Source: Torpedo marmorata
Taxonomy: Eukaryota
DNA length: 64,000 nt
Direction of reading: 5' to 3'
NCBI GenBank assembly: GCA_977017645.1
Contig: OZ360239.1
Location: forward strand, 34,782,001-34,846,000
The position numbers and the translations under genes were made by a program. Below the pieces are notes generated by a model. That model worked only from the letters and a program-made list of their open reading frames with translations. It had not been told where the DNA came from and did not search any database. Positions 14,150 through 26,956 of this stretch are shown piece after piece. Numbering within the stretch: position 1 is the first letter of the stretch; each line of letters begins with the position of its first letter.

Positions 14150-14720
14150 ATCCATCTCTGTCTCACCATTAATGTCCTTAATTCCTTCATTGATTCAGAA
14201 CTGTCAGACTACCCATCCAATAACCAGAGTTGGTTCAGCAGAAATTTATTCCAACTAAATACTGGAAAAAGCGAACCTAAGGTCCCAGCATCTAACTCTG
14301 TCCGCAGGCTGCTGACTACATTCCTCACCTTGGTGAATGAGGTTAATTGAAACCTTGGTGTGATATTTGACCTCAAGAACTTCCAGTTGGATATCCATGC
14401 CTTCAATGTTTGCACAGATTTCCATCTCCAAAACATCCATCAACTCTCCACCTGCCTTCATTAATCTCCTGCTGAAACTTTAAACCCTAACTTTTAACTG
14501 TACTTCACAGTTTCAATGCATTTCAAGTGACCAAATGCTTTTAACCATCCATGAACCTGAAGTCGCCAAAACTCTGCTATTTGGGTTCTAACTTGAACTA
14601 CTTACACTCATCCATCATCTCTGGGCGGGTTAAGCACCTGGTTCCAAGTTAAGCAACACCATTTTAAAATCGAAATCCTTGCTTTCAAATCCCTCCATGG
14701 CCTTTCTTGTCCTTTAACCT
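14150..14720 (+). mobile_element. L2 LINE RT C-terminal remnant
   Basis: WFSRNLFQLNTGKSE and NLGVIFD motifs, then a tttaaaat...ttcaaatccctccatggc L2-like segment; heavily decayed. Confidence 0.65.
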
Positions 14721-15914
14721 TAGCTATCTAAGCTTTATCAATTCTGGCTCTTGAACATCCAGGAACACCGATGGCTGTTCCTGAAACTGCCTGGGGCCTA
14801 AGATCCAGATTTGCTTCCTCACCTTCTCTACCTCTTACTTTCTCTTGCCTTCAGGCACTCTTTAAAAGGGAGGGAGGAATTGTTGACGTTTCAGGTCGAA
14901 ACCATTCAAGACGGATGATGGGTTTCGCGCCAAAATGTCAACAATTCCCTTTCCCCCGTTGATGTTGCTTGGCAATTCTCCTTGGGGGATTTCACCACAT
15001 TAAAACATTATAAAAATATGTTAATGTTGCAATGTTTTTGTTGTTGGACTTGATGTCCCTTCTCTCTATCAGGTATAAGCTTCATACTTTATATCTGACC
15101 ATAATTTGACTGTTCTTAATTAAGTCTTAAGTGGTCTGAAGCAACAACACTGCACTTAATTGTCCATCAAGGGGCTCTCTTAGTACTCACAGAGCTATAA
15201 AATCCAATGTAGGATAAGTGAAATAAAAATCCTAGGAGGATAATAAGGTGTTCCTTGATATTAGGAATTAAAGTACATCTGTATCAGTTGGATCTGTTAA
15301 AATGGAACATGATATAAGAAATAAATAGAGACATGGGCCATTTGGCTCCTTGTGCCTGTTCTATTGTTCAGTAAAATTGTGGCTACTCTTTTACTTCAGT
15401 GCCACTCCGTGCATTAACCCCATATCCCTCCTTAACCATAAAGTCTAAAATTCTGTTCGTCTCTTTTTTGAATGTACTCACTAAATGAGCCTCCATTGTC
15501 CCCTTGGTTGCAGAATTCCAAAGATTAACTACCCGCTAATTTCTTTTTATCTCTGCCATGATTGGCCGACCTCTTATTTTGAAACTGTGAGCCCTGGTCC
15601 TGGATGCATCATCCGCACATCTACCCTGTCAAACCCCAAAAGACCTCTCTGCATTTCAATGAGTAATGACTTCAGAATATTAATAATGATATTGGTTGAC
15701 AATAGTATTCCATTTCCAACCCAACGCTGATGAAGAGAACTTTAATGAGATTTTGATGATCACGTTAATGAGAATGAAAACAAACTCTTGTAAAAGGTAT
15801 CACAAAAATAATGGTGTCCAGCACAGGCTTCCCTGAAAGGAGTGGGGGGGGAGCGGGGGGTGGGGGGGTACTATATACAGCTAACACAATGAAATAGCAT
15901 GGCAAGAAGTAAAT

Positions 15915-16818
15915 CATGGAAATCTGTAGACACCGTGGTTGAAGTAAAAAACACAAATGCTGGAGAAACTCAGCAGGTCAAACAGTGTCTTTTATGTAGC
16001 AAAGGTAGAAATACATAACCAACATTTCGGGCTTGAGCCCTTCATCAAAGTATGAGAAAATGCCGGCAGGCGTCCGAACAAAAGAGTGAGGGGGGGAAGG
16101 AGGGGTGGCAAAGGCAGGAGATGATAGGTGGAGAAAGGAGGGAGGGGACAGCAGCAAAGAGGGGGAGGAGGGATGGCTGGGTGGGTGGAAAAAAAACTGG
16201 AAGGACAGGTAAGGGGGGAGGGGAAGGAAAACGCAAGCAGGTTTAGTGGAAAGCAGAAAAGTCAATGTTAATGCCATCTGGCTGGAGAGTGCCGAGATGG
16301 AAAATGAGATGTTGTTCCTCCAATTTGCATGTAGTCTGGGTGGGATAGTACATAAGGCCATGGACAGACATGTGAGTGTGGGAGTGTGACTCGGAATTGA
16401 AATGGTTGGCTGCTGGGAGGTCGCTGTTGTTGCGGACGGAGAGGAGGTGCTCAGCAAAGCGATCTCCCAATCTACGACCGGTCTCTCCGATGTAGAGAAA
16501 GCCACAAAGGGAGCACCGGATGCAGTAAATAAGTTCTCTGGATGTACAAGTGAAGTGTAGCTTCACTTGAAAGGCCTGTTTGGGTCCCCGGACCGTGGTG
16601 AGGGGGGAGATGTGGGCGCAGGTGTTGCACCTCCTGCGGGCACAGGGGAAGGTGCCGGGGGTGCGATAGGTGGGGAGGGATGAGCGCATGAGGGAATCGT
16701 GAAGGGAGCGGTCCCTGCGGAAGGCCGAGAGGGGAGGAGAAGTAAAAATGTGTCTGGTGGTGGGATCCTGTAGTAAGTGCCGGAAATTCCGGCGGATAAT
16801 GTGTTGGATGCGGAGCAC
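15915..16818 (-). mobile_element. Penelope-like element (Neptune-like): GIY-YIG endonuclease ORF plus pLTR
   Basis: ORF 16243-16818: AFRRDRSLHDSL, Cys motif CARRRCNTC, LIYCIRC...LYIGETGRRLGDRFAEH, ending LQPDGINIDF. The pLTR is nearly identical to 27150-27376. Confidence 0.92.
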
Positions 16819-16874
16819 AATTGCGCAGCTAATAGAGTCACTGCCTCACAGTGCCAGGGAGGACTAAATTCTGA

Positions 16875-18410
16875 CCTTGTATTTAGTTTATTTATTCTTC
16901 ATATTACACCTAGTACAGTGAGAAGTCCTCTTCTGCGAGCGGTCTAACATGCTAACTCGAACATAAAGTAGAAGAATAAGAGTGCAATTACAGAGTATAG
17001 AGCTACGATGAATGAAAAATATTAATTAGTACCAAGCAAAGGCAGCAAGGAGGTACTGTTATGGTGGCAGGATGTGACGAGTGGAGTGCCGCAGGGATCG
17101 GTGTTGGGTCCTCAGTTGTTTGTCATTTATGTAAATGATTTGGATGATGGGATTATTAATAACATGAGCAAATTTGCAGACGACACTAAACTGGGTGGCG
17201 GTGTAAAGTGTGAGGAGGATGTCAGGAAAATGCAGAGGGACTTGGACAGGTTGAGGGAGTGGGCTGAAGAATGGAAGATGAAGTTCAATGTGAGCAAATG
17301 TGAGGTTATCCATTTTGGGGGCAGTAATAGGAAAGCTGAGTATTATTTAAATGGAGACAAGCTAGGGAGTGGGGAAGTGCAAATGGATCTGGGTGTACTT
17401 GTTCACCGGTCACTGAAGGCTAACATGCAGGTTCAGAAAGCTGTGAAGAAGGCAAATGGCATGTTGGCTTTCATAAAGAGGGGATTGGAGTATAGGAGCA
17501 GAGACGCCCTTCTGCAGTTGTACAGGGCCCTGGTGAGACCCCACCTGGAGTATTGCGTCCAGTTCTGGTCTCCAAATTTGAGGAAGGACATACTAGCAAT
17601 AGAGGGTGTGCAGCGCAGATTTACAAGGTTAGTTCCAGGGATGGCAGGGTTGACATATGCTGAAAGGTTAGAAAAACTGGACTTATATCCGATGGAGTTT
17701 AGAAGGATGAGGGGGGACATGATTGAGGTATACAAGATTATCAAGGGGATAGACAGGGTGAAGTCTGATTACTTGTTCCCAATGATGGGAGAGACGAGGA
17801 CTAGAGGGCATAGTTTAAGAATACAGGGAAGGCCCTTTAGGACGGAGATGAGGAAAAATTTTTTTACCCAGAGAAGTGTGAATCTGTGGAATGCTCTGCC
17901 ACAGAGGGTGGTAGAGGCAGATTCGCTGATTATGTTCAAAAGAGAGTTGGATAAGACTCTAGTGGGCAGAGGAGTTAAGGGTTATGGGGATAAGGCTGGA
18001 AAGGGGTACTGATGGTAGTGATCAGCCATGATCTGTAAAATGGCGGTGCTGGCTCGACGGGCCGAAGGGCCTACTCCACCTCCTATTGTCTATTGTCTAT
18101 TCAGCAGTCTGTTGGCTGTGGTGAAGAAACTTACCGTTTCCCTGTGATTTCACACTCTTGAACTTTCTCCCTGATGAGAAGAGGGAGAAGAGAATGTGAC
18201 CGGGGTGTAATGGATCTTTCAGTATGTTGGCTGCCTTTTCTAGGCAGCAGGAGATGTAGTTGGAGTACATGGAGGTGAAAGACGTTTGCATAATATTCTA
18301 AGCTGCATTCTTCAACTTCTGCGGGTTCTTCTGATCTTAAGCACAGCAGCTCCCATGTAGCGCTGTGATGCATCCAGAAAGTATGCTTTTGATGGTGGTG
18401 CACCTGTTAA
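16875..18410 (-). mobile_element. Rex1/Babar-type LINE 3' fragment split by the CR1 insertion (pieces ~16875-17058 and ~18100-18410)
   Basis: ORF 18097-18291 CLEKAANILKDPLHPGHILFSL is the Rex1-like C-terminus; the flanks of the CR1 rejoin as gtactgtt|cagcagtctg. Confidence 0.65.
17059..18100 (+). mobile_element. 5'-truncated CR1 LINE with uninterrupted RT C-terminal ORF (312 aa)
   Basis: SGVPQGSVLGP, KFADDTKL, FNVSKC, LVRPHLEYCVQFWSP, RRMRGDMIEVYK, TRGH, WNALP; 3' tail (ctattgt)n. Confidence 0.95.
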
Positions 18411-18489
18411 GAAACACCTTCCAGAAATCCAAGTATACAACAGCCACCTGTTCCTCTCTATCCACTGCACTCATTACTCACACCACTCA

Positions 18490-18855
18490 AGCCCCTTTTA
18501 CATAGAACCCTCAAGCCAGCTTTCCTCTGGCTTCTATACGCTTCATTTACCTGCGTGATCGCAGAAAAGGTGGATTGGCGGGTCTATTTCGCTCCATGTT
18601 TCCTCCGCCAAGGGACCTAGTGTCAGAGGTGGAGCGAAGCCACCCCTCCTCCTGCGTAAACTGACGAATGCTGAAACCGGCTCGAAAGGGGGATGACTGA
18701 TGACATCCCGCCCCATTTGCCCTGGGAAACCGGCTCGCTACGTAAAAGGACTCAGCGATCCACTTTCAGCGTGAATACTGAATCCACCTTTCCGATTCCC
18801 CTTTTACATAGATCGTGAGTTGGGAAATAAGGTGGCTTCTCTATGTAAAAACCCC
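18490..18855. mobile_element. Possible non-autonomous DNA transposon (Harbinger-like MITE)
   Basis: Ends ccccttttacataga / tctatgtaaaaaccc are inverted; internal inverted motif aaaaggtggatt / aatccacctt; CpG-rich relative to flanks. Confidence 0.5.
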
Positions 18856-18879
18856 TTCAAAGAACTCCAGTAAATTTGT

Positions 18880-19420
18880 CAAACATCTGCCCTTCCTGAA
18901 CCCATGCTGTGTCTGCCTGATGAAACAATTTCTATTCAGATGTCTTGCAATTTCTTCCTTAATGCTTCAAGTATTTTCCCAACTACAGGTGCTAAGCTAA
19001 CTGGCCTGTAGTTACCTGTCTTCTGCCTATATCATTTTTTTAACTATGGGGTGTGACAATTTTCTGTCTTCCAATCTGCTGGGACCTGCCCGGAGTCCAG
19101 GGAATTTTTGTAAATTACTACAAATGCATCTACTATAACTTCTGCCATTTCTTTCAGTACTCTGGGATGCATTTCTCCAGGACCAGGTGACTTATCTACC
19201 TTTAGTCCCACTAGTTTTCTCAGCACTACCTCTTTAGTGATAGCAATCGTATTGAAGTCCTCACCTCCCATTGCACCCTTAACACCACTCTGTTGCATTT
19301 TGACGTGTCTTCCACTACTGTAGACCAACACAAAATAGTTGTTCAAGGCCTCAGCCATTTCTGCATTACCCAATATTAATTCCCTCTTCTCATGTTGCAA
19401 GGGACCCATGTTCACTTTCA
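18880..19420 (-). mobile_element. CR1 LINE ORF2 internal fragment
   Basis: AEALNNYF...LKVDKSPGPGEMHPRVLKE...VPADWK. Confidence 0.85.
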
Positions 19421-19429
19421 CCATCCATA

Positions 19430-19930
19430 AAAATGGCAAATTTCCTTGATCTTCTAAGAAGGTTGAGAGGGTTGTATGCTTTCTTGACTATCATGTCAAG
19501 ATGTTTGGTTCAGATCTGGTAATTGGAGATGTTTATTTCTAAGAACTTGAAATTATCTACTCTTTCCACTTCAGTGCCATTGATGCAGACAGGGGTGTGG
19601 TCTCTGTCCCCTCTCCTGATGTCAGTGATTGTCCATTTGACATTGAGAGGGAGGTTGTTATCTTGGTTGTTATTTGCTGTCTGTGTGGAGTGTGAATGTT
19701 CTCCCTGTGTCTGCAAGGATTTCCCCTGGGTACTCTGGATTTCTCCCACACCCTAAACATATCCCCCTTGGAGGCATGATTGCTGCTGTAAGTTGCCCTG
19801 ACAGTGCAAGTGAGACATTGGATCAAGGGACAGTTGATGAAAACACGTGGAGAATAAAATAAACATAAATGGGTGATTGGCAAAGATCGATGGGCGAAAA
19901 GATTCATTTCTGTACCGTATAACTATGCTT
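19430..19930. mobile_element. Rex1-like fragment (minus, ~19430-19665) adjacent to a V-type SINE (plus, ~19670-19930)
   Basis: PVCINGTEVERVDNFKFL on minus; tgtgtggagtgtgaatgttctccctgtgtctgc V-domain-like sequence on plus. Confidence 0.65.
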
Positions 19931-20381
19931 TGAATATAATTTTTATTTACCATTTTATTTTGCTACTGAATTAGAAAGCTCTGGTGCAAAATTCTACCTC
20001 TCTTCTCAAGAGATTCGCTGCCTAACTATATTTTTGCTACTGGGATGATTTTTGTATCCCTAGGACCCAGAAAGTAACAAATAATCTGCAGATTTCTAAT
20101 TTTGACCAAAGAGAGTCTAAAGTCATTGGGGTGGGTTATAATGGGTTTAGTTCAGCACCCATACTCATTGGATGATGTGCTCACTCACCACACTAGCCTA
20201 GTAGGATACGGAGGACTAATTCAGCTGACCCACCGTGCCTGAGAGTCACCCCACTAAATGGAGTGATTCGTAAATCACGATTAGGGTCTGAACACAAATG
20301 CTTCCAGATGGCTTTTGACACATTGGTGCTGTCAGCTTTGAATTAGTTTTAAATGTCCCTGATATTTAAATAGGTTGAAGT

Positions 20382-22132
20382 GAATACACAAAAGTGCTGG
20401 AAAAACTCAGTAGGTCCCGCAGCGTCCATTGGATGCAAATATATATTATCAAATTTTGGTGCCTGAGCCCTTCCTCAAGGTATGAGCAAAAAGAAGGCAG
20501 GTGCCTGTATAAAAAGGTGGGGAGAAGAGGGAGGAAGAGTCAGGGGAGGACCATAGGCCAACAGCCAAGTGGCCAGAGGTAAACATGGATAGGAAGGCAG
20601 CAGAGAAAAGTTGAGAATTGATCAAGGGAGGGGGTTAGCTCTGTGAATACAGAGCTGGAAAAAGGAGACAGTGTAATAGGGAAAAAGAGAGAGAGAGAGG
20701 GAGGGAGAGAGAGAGACAAGTGGTGGGGAGCTGGAAGAAAGCAGACAGAGGGATAGGGAACAAGAGAGACGGGGGTGCCTAACGGAAACTGGAGAAGTCG
20801 ACGTTAATGCCATCTGGTTGGAGGATGACCAGACAGAATACAAGGTGTTGTTCCTCCAATTTGTGGGTGGTCTCAATCTGGTAGTGCATGAAAATGGGGC
20901 GGGGAATTGAAATGGGGTGCCGCAGGGAGACCCCTGATATTACAGTGGACAGAGCGAAGGTGCTCAACGAAGCGATATCCCAGTCTGTGTCCTGTCTCTC
21001 TGATGTAGAGGAGGGCAACGGGAGCACCGGATGCAGTAGACAACCCCTGCAGATTCACAAGTGAAGTGTTGCTTCACTTGGAAGGAATGTTTGGGGCCCC
21101 AAAAGGTGTTGAGGGTGGAGGTGTGGGGGCAGTTGTTGCATTTCCTGAGTCACAGGGTTCAAGTTCAAGTTTATTGTCATCTGATTGTACAAGTACAGCC
21201 TGACGAAAGAGTGTTCCACAGACCTCGGTGCAAAAACATGCAAACATACATGCAGACATCATACATACAAGCTACACATGTGCAGTACATATACACATAT
21301 AAGTAAATACATATTGTGAAATAAGTACAGTTGTAGAGCTTTCGAGAGTTTGTATGAGCAATTCATTCAGTCATTCAGCAGTCTCATTGCCCGTGGGAAG
21401 AAGCTGTTTCTCAGTCTGGTGGTTCTGGCTCTAATACTCCAGTATCTCTTTCCCAGTGGGAGTTGCTGAAAGAAGCTGTGTGCAGGGTGGTAGGGGTCCT
21501 CAATGAGGTACCACAGGGTCGATTGGTAAGAAGGTATGCGTGGACAAGTGAGTCATGGGGAGAGCGATCCCTGCAGAAGGCTGAAAGTGGAGGAGAGGGG
21601 AAGACGTGTCTGGCCGTGGGATCACGTTGTAGGTGGCGGAAATTGCAGAGGATAGACAATATGTTAATGCGGAGGCTGGTGGACTGTTAAGTGAGGACAA
21701 GGGGAATCCTGTCCTTGTTGCATCTGGGGGTCAGGGCAGATGTGTGGGAAATGGAGGATATGCGGATGAAGGCAGAGTTGATGGCAGTGGAGGGGAAGCC
21801 ACGTATGGCGTAGGGGGCCAGGGCAAATATATGGCAAATGGATGATATGCAGGTTAGGGACAGGTTGATCGTACTGCAGGGGAAGCCATGTTTCAATTCT
21901 CAGTTTCCTCTCTCGCCCTCCTATCCATATCTACCTAAGGCCTCTTGGCTGTTGGCCTATGCTCCTCCTCCTGCCCCTTCCTCCCCTACCTTTTTATTCA
22001 GGCGCCTGCCTGCTTTTTCCTCGTACCTTGATATATCTTTGCTTCCAATGGGCACTGCAGGACCTGCCGAGTTTCTCCAGCACTTTTGTGTATTAACTGC
22101 AACCACAGCATCTGCAGACTTCCTTGTTTCAC
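20382..22132 (-). mobile_element. Decayed Penelope-like element with inverted second pLTR and TSD
   Basis: LYIRETGHRLGYRFVEHL and LQPDGINVDF (GIY-YIG region), RIPLVLT linker; terminal inverted copies atacacaaaagtgctgg / ccagcacttttgtgtat; flanked by ttaaataggttgaagt (20366) / ttaaataggttcaagt (22133). Interrupted by a Rex-type tail at ~21157-21505. Confidence 0.85.
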
Positions 22133-22449
22133 TTAAATAGGTTCAAGTAACTTCTAAAAGTAAAATAATAAAAATAGTTTTAAAATAACATTTAAAAACA
22201 CCTTCAATTTCTAAAATTAAAAACTCTTAAGTGAGATGAAGTAACACAAAGAAAATAAACACCACTTATTTGCACAGATTTTGTTATTCATGTTCAGGAT
22301 CCATATTCAAAAAATGAGAAATGGCTGGCACAAAGCTCCAGATCATCTGCTCAGTTCATCGGAAGTCGGCTGCTGGATTCATTGGTGAGTTCAGCAGCAG
22401 AGTGGGTCACCAGATGTGTTGGCTACAGATAAGCATGATCCAGCTCATT

Positions 22450-23330
22450 AAGTCAAGTTTATTGTCACCTGACTGACTGCACAAGTACAACCCGACGAAA
22501 CAGCGTTCTCCAGTCCTCGGTGCAAAACATACAGACACACAACTAGACATAACACACATACAGACAAATAATACATTTGCAGTACAAGTATTTCATCTAT
22601 TCAAATAAATAAATATTGCTTTGTACATATGAGCGTCTCGGATGGTTAGTGTGAGCAGTTCCTTTGGTCGTTCAATGTTCTCACTGCCCGTGGGAAGAAG
22701 CTGTTCCTCAGCCTGGTGATGCTGGCTCTGATACTCCTGTATCTCTTCTCCGATGTGAGCAGCTGAAAGATGTTGTGTGCAGGTTGGAAGGGGTCCTCAA
22801 TGATTTTGCGCTAACTCAATGCAGAGGAAGCAACCCACAGGACGGTGACCACAGCGGCGGACCAGCGAGGGGCTCAGAGGCTGAAGAGCACACAGGCGGC
22901 AGACTGTTGGTGACTCGAGGCGAGGAACCCATGTAGGCTGCGGGTGACTGTAGTCAAGGGGCTCACACCAGGCTGCAGACTGCTGGTATCAGAACTGGAA
23001 TGTGAGAGGGTGGCAAGAGTGCTGAAGACTTCCTGATCGTGTCAGAGGTGTGCATCTGGAGCTCGGGCTCCTGATGGTTTGGACTGAAGGCTGTGTGGCT
23101 GCGGGAGTGCTGGAGGTGAAGCCATTCAGTGACCCGGGGTGGGGGGGGTGGGTGGGGGGACGACGGCTCTCTTTTGCTTCTCTTTCTCTGGCGGCAAGGG
23201 GTGCTGGGCAATTTCTGCTGATAGCGAATCTTTGTCTGCCTTACGGTAGACTAAAGGAAATTTTGTGTAATATCACATTTTCTGTTTTATTATATGACAA
23301 TAAAATAATCTTGAATCTTGAAACTCTCCA
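22450..23330. mobile_element. Two opposed LINE 3' ends (Rex-type minus ~22450-22810; plus-strand 3' UTR ~22812-23325)
   Basis: caagtttattgtca tail shared with 21160 and 61810; the second ends aataaaataatcttgaatcttg. Confidence 0.6.
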
Positions 23331-24234
23331 AGGGTATGTGATGAAATACAAGTCACAAGATGTGGAGGTATGGAACAAACTGATGTGCTCTGAGAGCCAA
23401 CATAAACTCATAGTTTGAATGGTCTCCTGTGTCATAAGAAAATATAACATGAACTTCTATGATTCATAATTTAATGAATTTCTAAACCACAGCAAGCTTT
23501 TGGAACCAGGCTTTATCTGAGAAGGTTTAACACCATTACTAGTATTGCCACCACTCTTACCGATGGATACTGGTGTGACATTTAAATTCAATATACATCT
23601 AGGCAATGGGAACAAAGACACAAGTTCATTTAGGTTCTTCACTACACTAATCCTGATGTGTAGTGCATGTACACCACTTCAGATTTCCTGTTTAACATCA
23701 TCTGCATGTATTATCCAGTTTCTTGAAAATACAAATTTAAAAAAAATAAAAAGCAGTCACAAAATGTATCCAAAGAATTGAATGGAATAGTCTCCTAAAA
23801 GCTTGCATTTATACAGTAATTTTAACATGTTAAAAACCTTACTGCTGCAGAGCTTTAAATGTTATTTGAATCTGCAGCAATGATTAGTTGCACCAGCACG
23901 ATAAAAGGTCTCAGTGGTGTTTAAAATGTCGTGTTATCCAATTATGTTGTTCATATTAATCTCTAGTATCAGTTCTAATGTGGCACTTACAGATATTCCA
24001 GATACAAAAATAGAAAATATTCCAGCACTTACCACAATCATTTCAGGCAAAAGCCCAGAAAGGAAGTATATTCCCGGCAGCATACGAGTAGCTCAATGTA
24101 ACTGAAGCTCATTCGGATTATTTAGTACAATCTTTACCTCATAAAAACATAATATGAATCCTACTTCCTCTTTGACTTGGTCCAGTCCTGTTCAGAGGCA
24201 CCATCAAATCTTCAGGGATAAGCATTGAATAACA

Positions 24235-24690
24235 CCCTGGAAAGATAACATTAAGCTGGAAAGGGTGAAGAAAAGATTCATGAGAATGTCATTGGAACTG
24301 GTAGGCTTGAATTATAAGGAGAGGCTGGATAGGCTGGTACATTTCTCCCTGGGGTGCAGAAGGCTAAGGGGGGAGCTGATAAAATCATGAGGAACATAGA
24401 TATGGTAAATAGTCTGTCGTTTTCCAGAGTCGGGAGCCTAAAACTAGAGAGCATAGTTTTACCGTGAGAGGGGAAGGATTTCCAAGGGACCTGGGAGGTA
24501 CTTTCCCCACACAGAGAGTGGTAGGTCTGTTGAATAAACTGCTATAAGAAGTGGTAGAGGCATTAACAACTGTAACATTTAAAAGACATTTGGTCAGGTA
24601 CGTGGATAGAAATGGTTCAAAGGGATATGGGCCAAATTTGAATGACAGACATTGGGCTGAAGGGCCTATTTCCTAGCTATAGAACTCAAT
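24235..24690 (+). mobile_element. Decayed CR1 3' fragment
   Basis: Similar to the 3' end of the CR1 copies (ggaaagggtgaagaaaagattc...aaactagagagcatagttt...gggctgaagggcct). Confidence 0.75.
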
Positions 24691-25251
24691 GACCAAATAA
24701 CATAGAGTACCTTAATTATCTAGGCATTACCTAACCCACATAATATTTTTTTACATACTCACAGAAAATGCTGGAAATACTCAGCAGATCAGGCAGTATC
24801 TGTAGAATGAGAGAGCAGGGAGAGAGGGAGAAGGCAGAGAGCAAATGTGCAACATTCGGCAGACTGACAGCAGCTGGTTATGCAGGGAACCGCCAGCTGT
24901 CAGTCATTCATGGCTCAGCTTCTATTGCCAAACTCAGAGGTCTTGGATGAGCTGGAGACCAAATGTCAATGCATCCCCCGTTTTATCAAAAACTAGTCGA
25001 GTTTTCCAAAGGAAGGGGCTTTGGAGGCACATTATCTTAGTTCTAGCCTCTGCTCAGAACCTGCTCCGCCTCCTGGCTGTCTCCTAATTGGAGAGTCAGC
25101 TGATGTGGCCATCTAGAAAAGATTACTTTGGTTGGGCAAGCACATTGGTAGCAAGCACAGGCAGCATGCTGGGCCCACCATAATCTTTCCCAACACATTA
25201 GTTGCAGTATGCTTCACTCTCCCCAAAAAATATTAACTGACTGAGCACTTC

Positions 25252-25858
25252 AGATTCAGATTTCAGATTTATTGTCAGAGTACATACATGACATTACATA
25301 CAACCCTGAGATTCTTTTTCCTGCGGGCGAGGCAGAATTACCACTTATTGGCAGTGCACAAAAAACTGTACACAGCGTATACATGTAAACAAATAAAAAA
25401 TGTAAACAAACTGACTGTAAAATACTGAGAAAAAAATCAATAAAGTGCAAAAGTAAGAGTCCTTAAATAAGTCCCTGAATGAGTTTGTTGTTGAGGAGTC
25501 TGATGGTGGAGGAGTAGCAGCTGTTCCTGAACCCGATGGTGTGAGTCTTGTGGCACTTATACCTCTTTCCTGATGGTAGCAACGAGAACAGAGTGTGTGT
25601 GGTGGGTGATGTGGATCCTTGATGATTACTGCTGCTCTCCGATGGCAGCGTTCCCTGCAGATGTTCTCGATGGTGGGGAGGGTTTTGCCTGTGATGTCCT
25701 GGGCTGTGTCCACTGCATTTTGCAGGGCATTCCACTCAGGGGTATCGGTGATCCCATACCAGACCGTGATGCAGCCGGTCAGCACACTTCCCACCACACA
25801 TCTGTAGAAATTTGCCAGGGTTTCTGATGCCATATCAAACCTCCGGAAACTCCTGAGG
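25252..25858 (-). mobile_element. Rex1/Babar-type LINE 3' portion (continues at 28430-28495)
   Basis: LANFYRCVVGSVLTGCITVWYG...AAVIIKDPHHP...LLPSGKRY (DUF1891-like C-terminus); tail aataaatctgaaatctgaa. Confidence 0.85.
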
Positions 25859-26956
25859 AGTGGATTGGGATAAAGTGTTTTCTGGCAAGGATGTGTTCAG
25901 TAAATGGAAGGCCTACAAAGGTGAAATTTTGAAAGTGCAGAGTTTACATGTTCCTATCAGGATTAAAGGCAAAGTTAACAGGCATAGGGAACCATGGTTT
26001 TCAAGGGATATTGGCGATCTGGTTAAGAGGAAGAGAAGGTGTATAGCAGGTATAGGCAACAAGGAGAAAATAAGGTACTAGAAGAGTATAGAAAATGTAA
26101 GAAAATACTTAAGAAAGAAATTAGGAAGGCAAAAAGAAGACATGAGGTTGCTTTGCCAGATAATGTGAAGGTAAACCCGAAGGGGTTCTACAAGTATGTT
26201 AAGAGTAAAAGGATAGTAAGGGACAAAATTGGTCCCTTAGAAGATCAGAGTGGTTGTCTATGTGTGGAGCCTCATGAGATGGGGGAGATCTTAAACAGTT
26301 TTTTTGCTTCAGTATTTACTCAGGAATCTGGCATAGTGTATAAGGAAAGAAGGGAAATAAGCAGTAGTGGCATGGAACATATAGAGATTAAATAGGAGGA
26401 GGTGCTTGCTGTCTTACAGCGAATAAAGGTAGATAAATCCCCCGGGCCTGACATGATATTCCCTCGGGCCTTGAGGGAGACGAGTGTAGAAATTGCAGGG
26501 GCCCTGGCAGAAATATTTATAACATCCTCATCCACGGGTGAGATGCCGGAGGATTGGAGGGTAGCTCATGTTGTTCCATTGTTTAAAAAAGGCTCCAAAA
26601 GTAAACCAGGAAATTACAGGTCTGACATCAGTAGTAGGTAAATTATTGGAGGGTATTCTGAGATATCAGGTATACAAGCATTTGGACAGTCAAGGGTTGA
26701 TTAAGAATAGTCAGCATGGCTTTGTGCATGGTAGGTTGTGTTTAACAAATCTTATAGAGTTTTTCGAGGAGGTTACCAAGAAAATAGATGAAGGAAAGGC
26801 TGTGGATGTTGTCTACATGGACTTTAGTAAGGCCTTTGACAAGGTCCCACATGGGAGGCTAGTTCAGAAGGTTTAGACACTAGGTATCCTTGGGGAGATT
26901 GTAAACTGGATTCAAAATTGGTTGAATGGGAGAAGACAGAGTGGTAGTGGAAAATT

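Noticed and set aside
15840-15870. G-run cluster able to form a G-quadruplex (also 23137-23160)
   Set aside because: Simple low-complexity tracts beside repeats, with no evidence of function.
16243-16818. GIY-YIG nuclease ORF as a host or horizontally acquired gene
   Set aside because: It is joined directly to a multicopy pLTR and has a decayed relative at 20.8-21.1 kb, so it is a Penelope-like element.
25345-25833. ORF resembling DUF1891, which is often auto-annotated as ALKBH8-like (also 62033-62518)
   Set aside because: It is the C-terminus of Rex1/Babar LINE ORF2: frameshifted, present in several copies here and followed by LINE tails.
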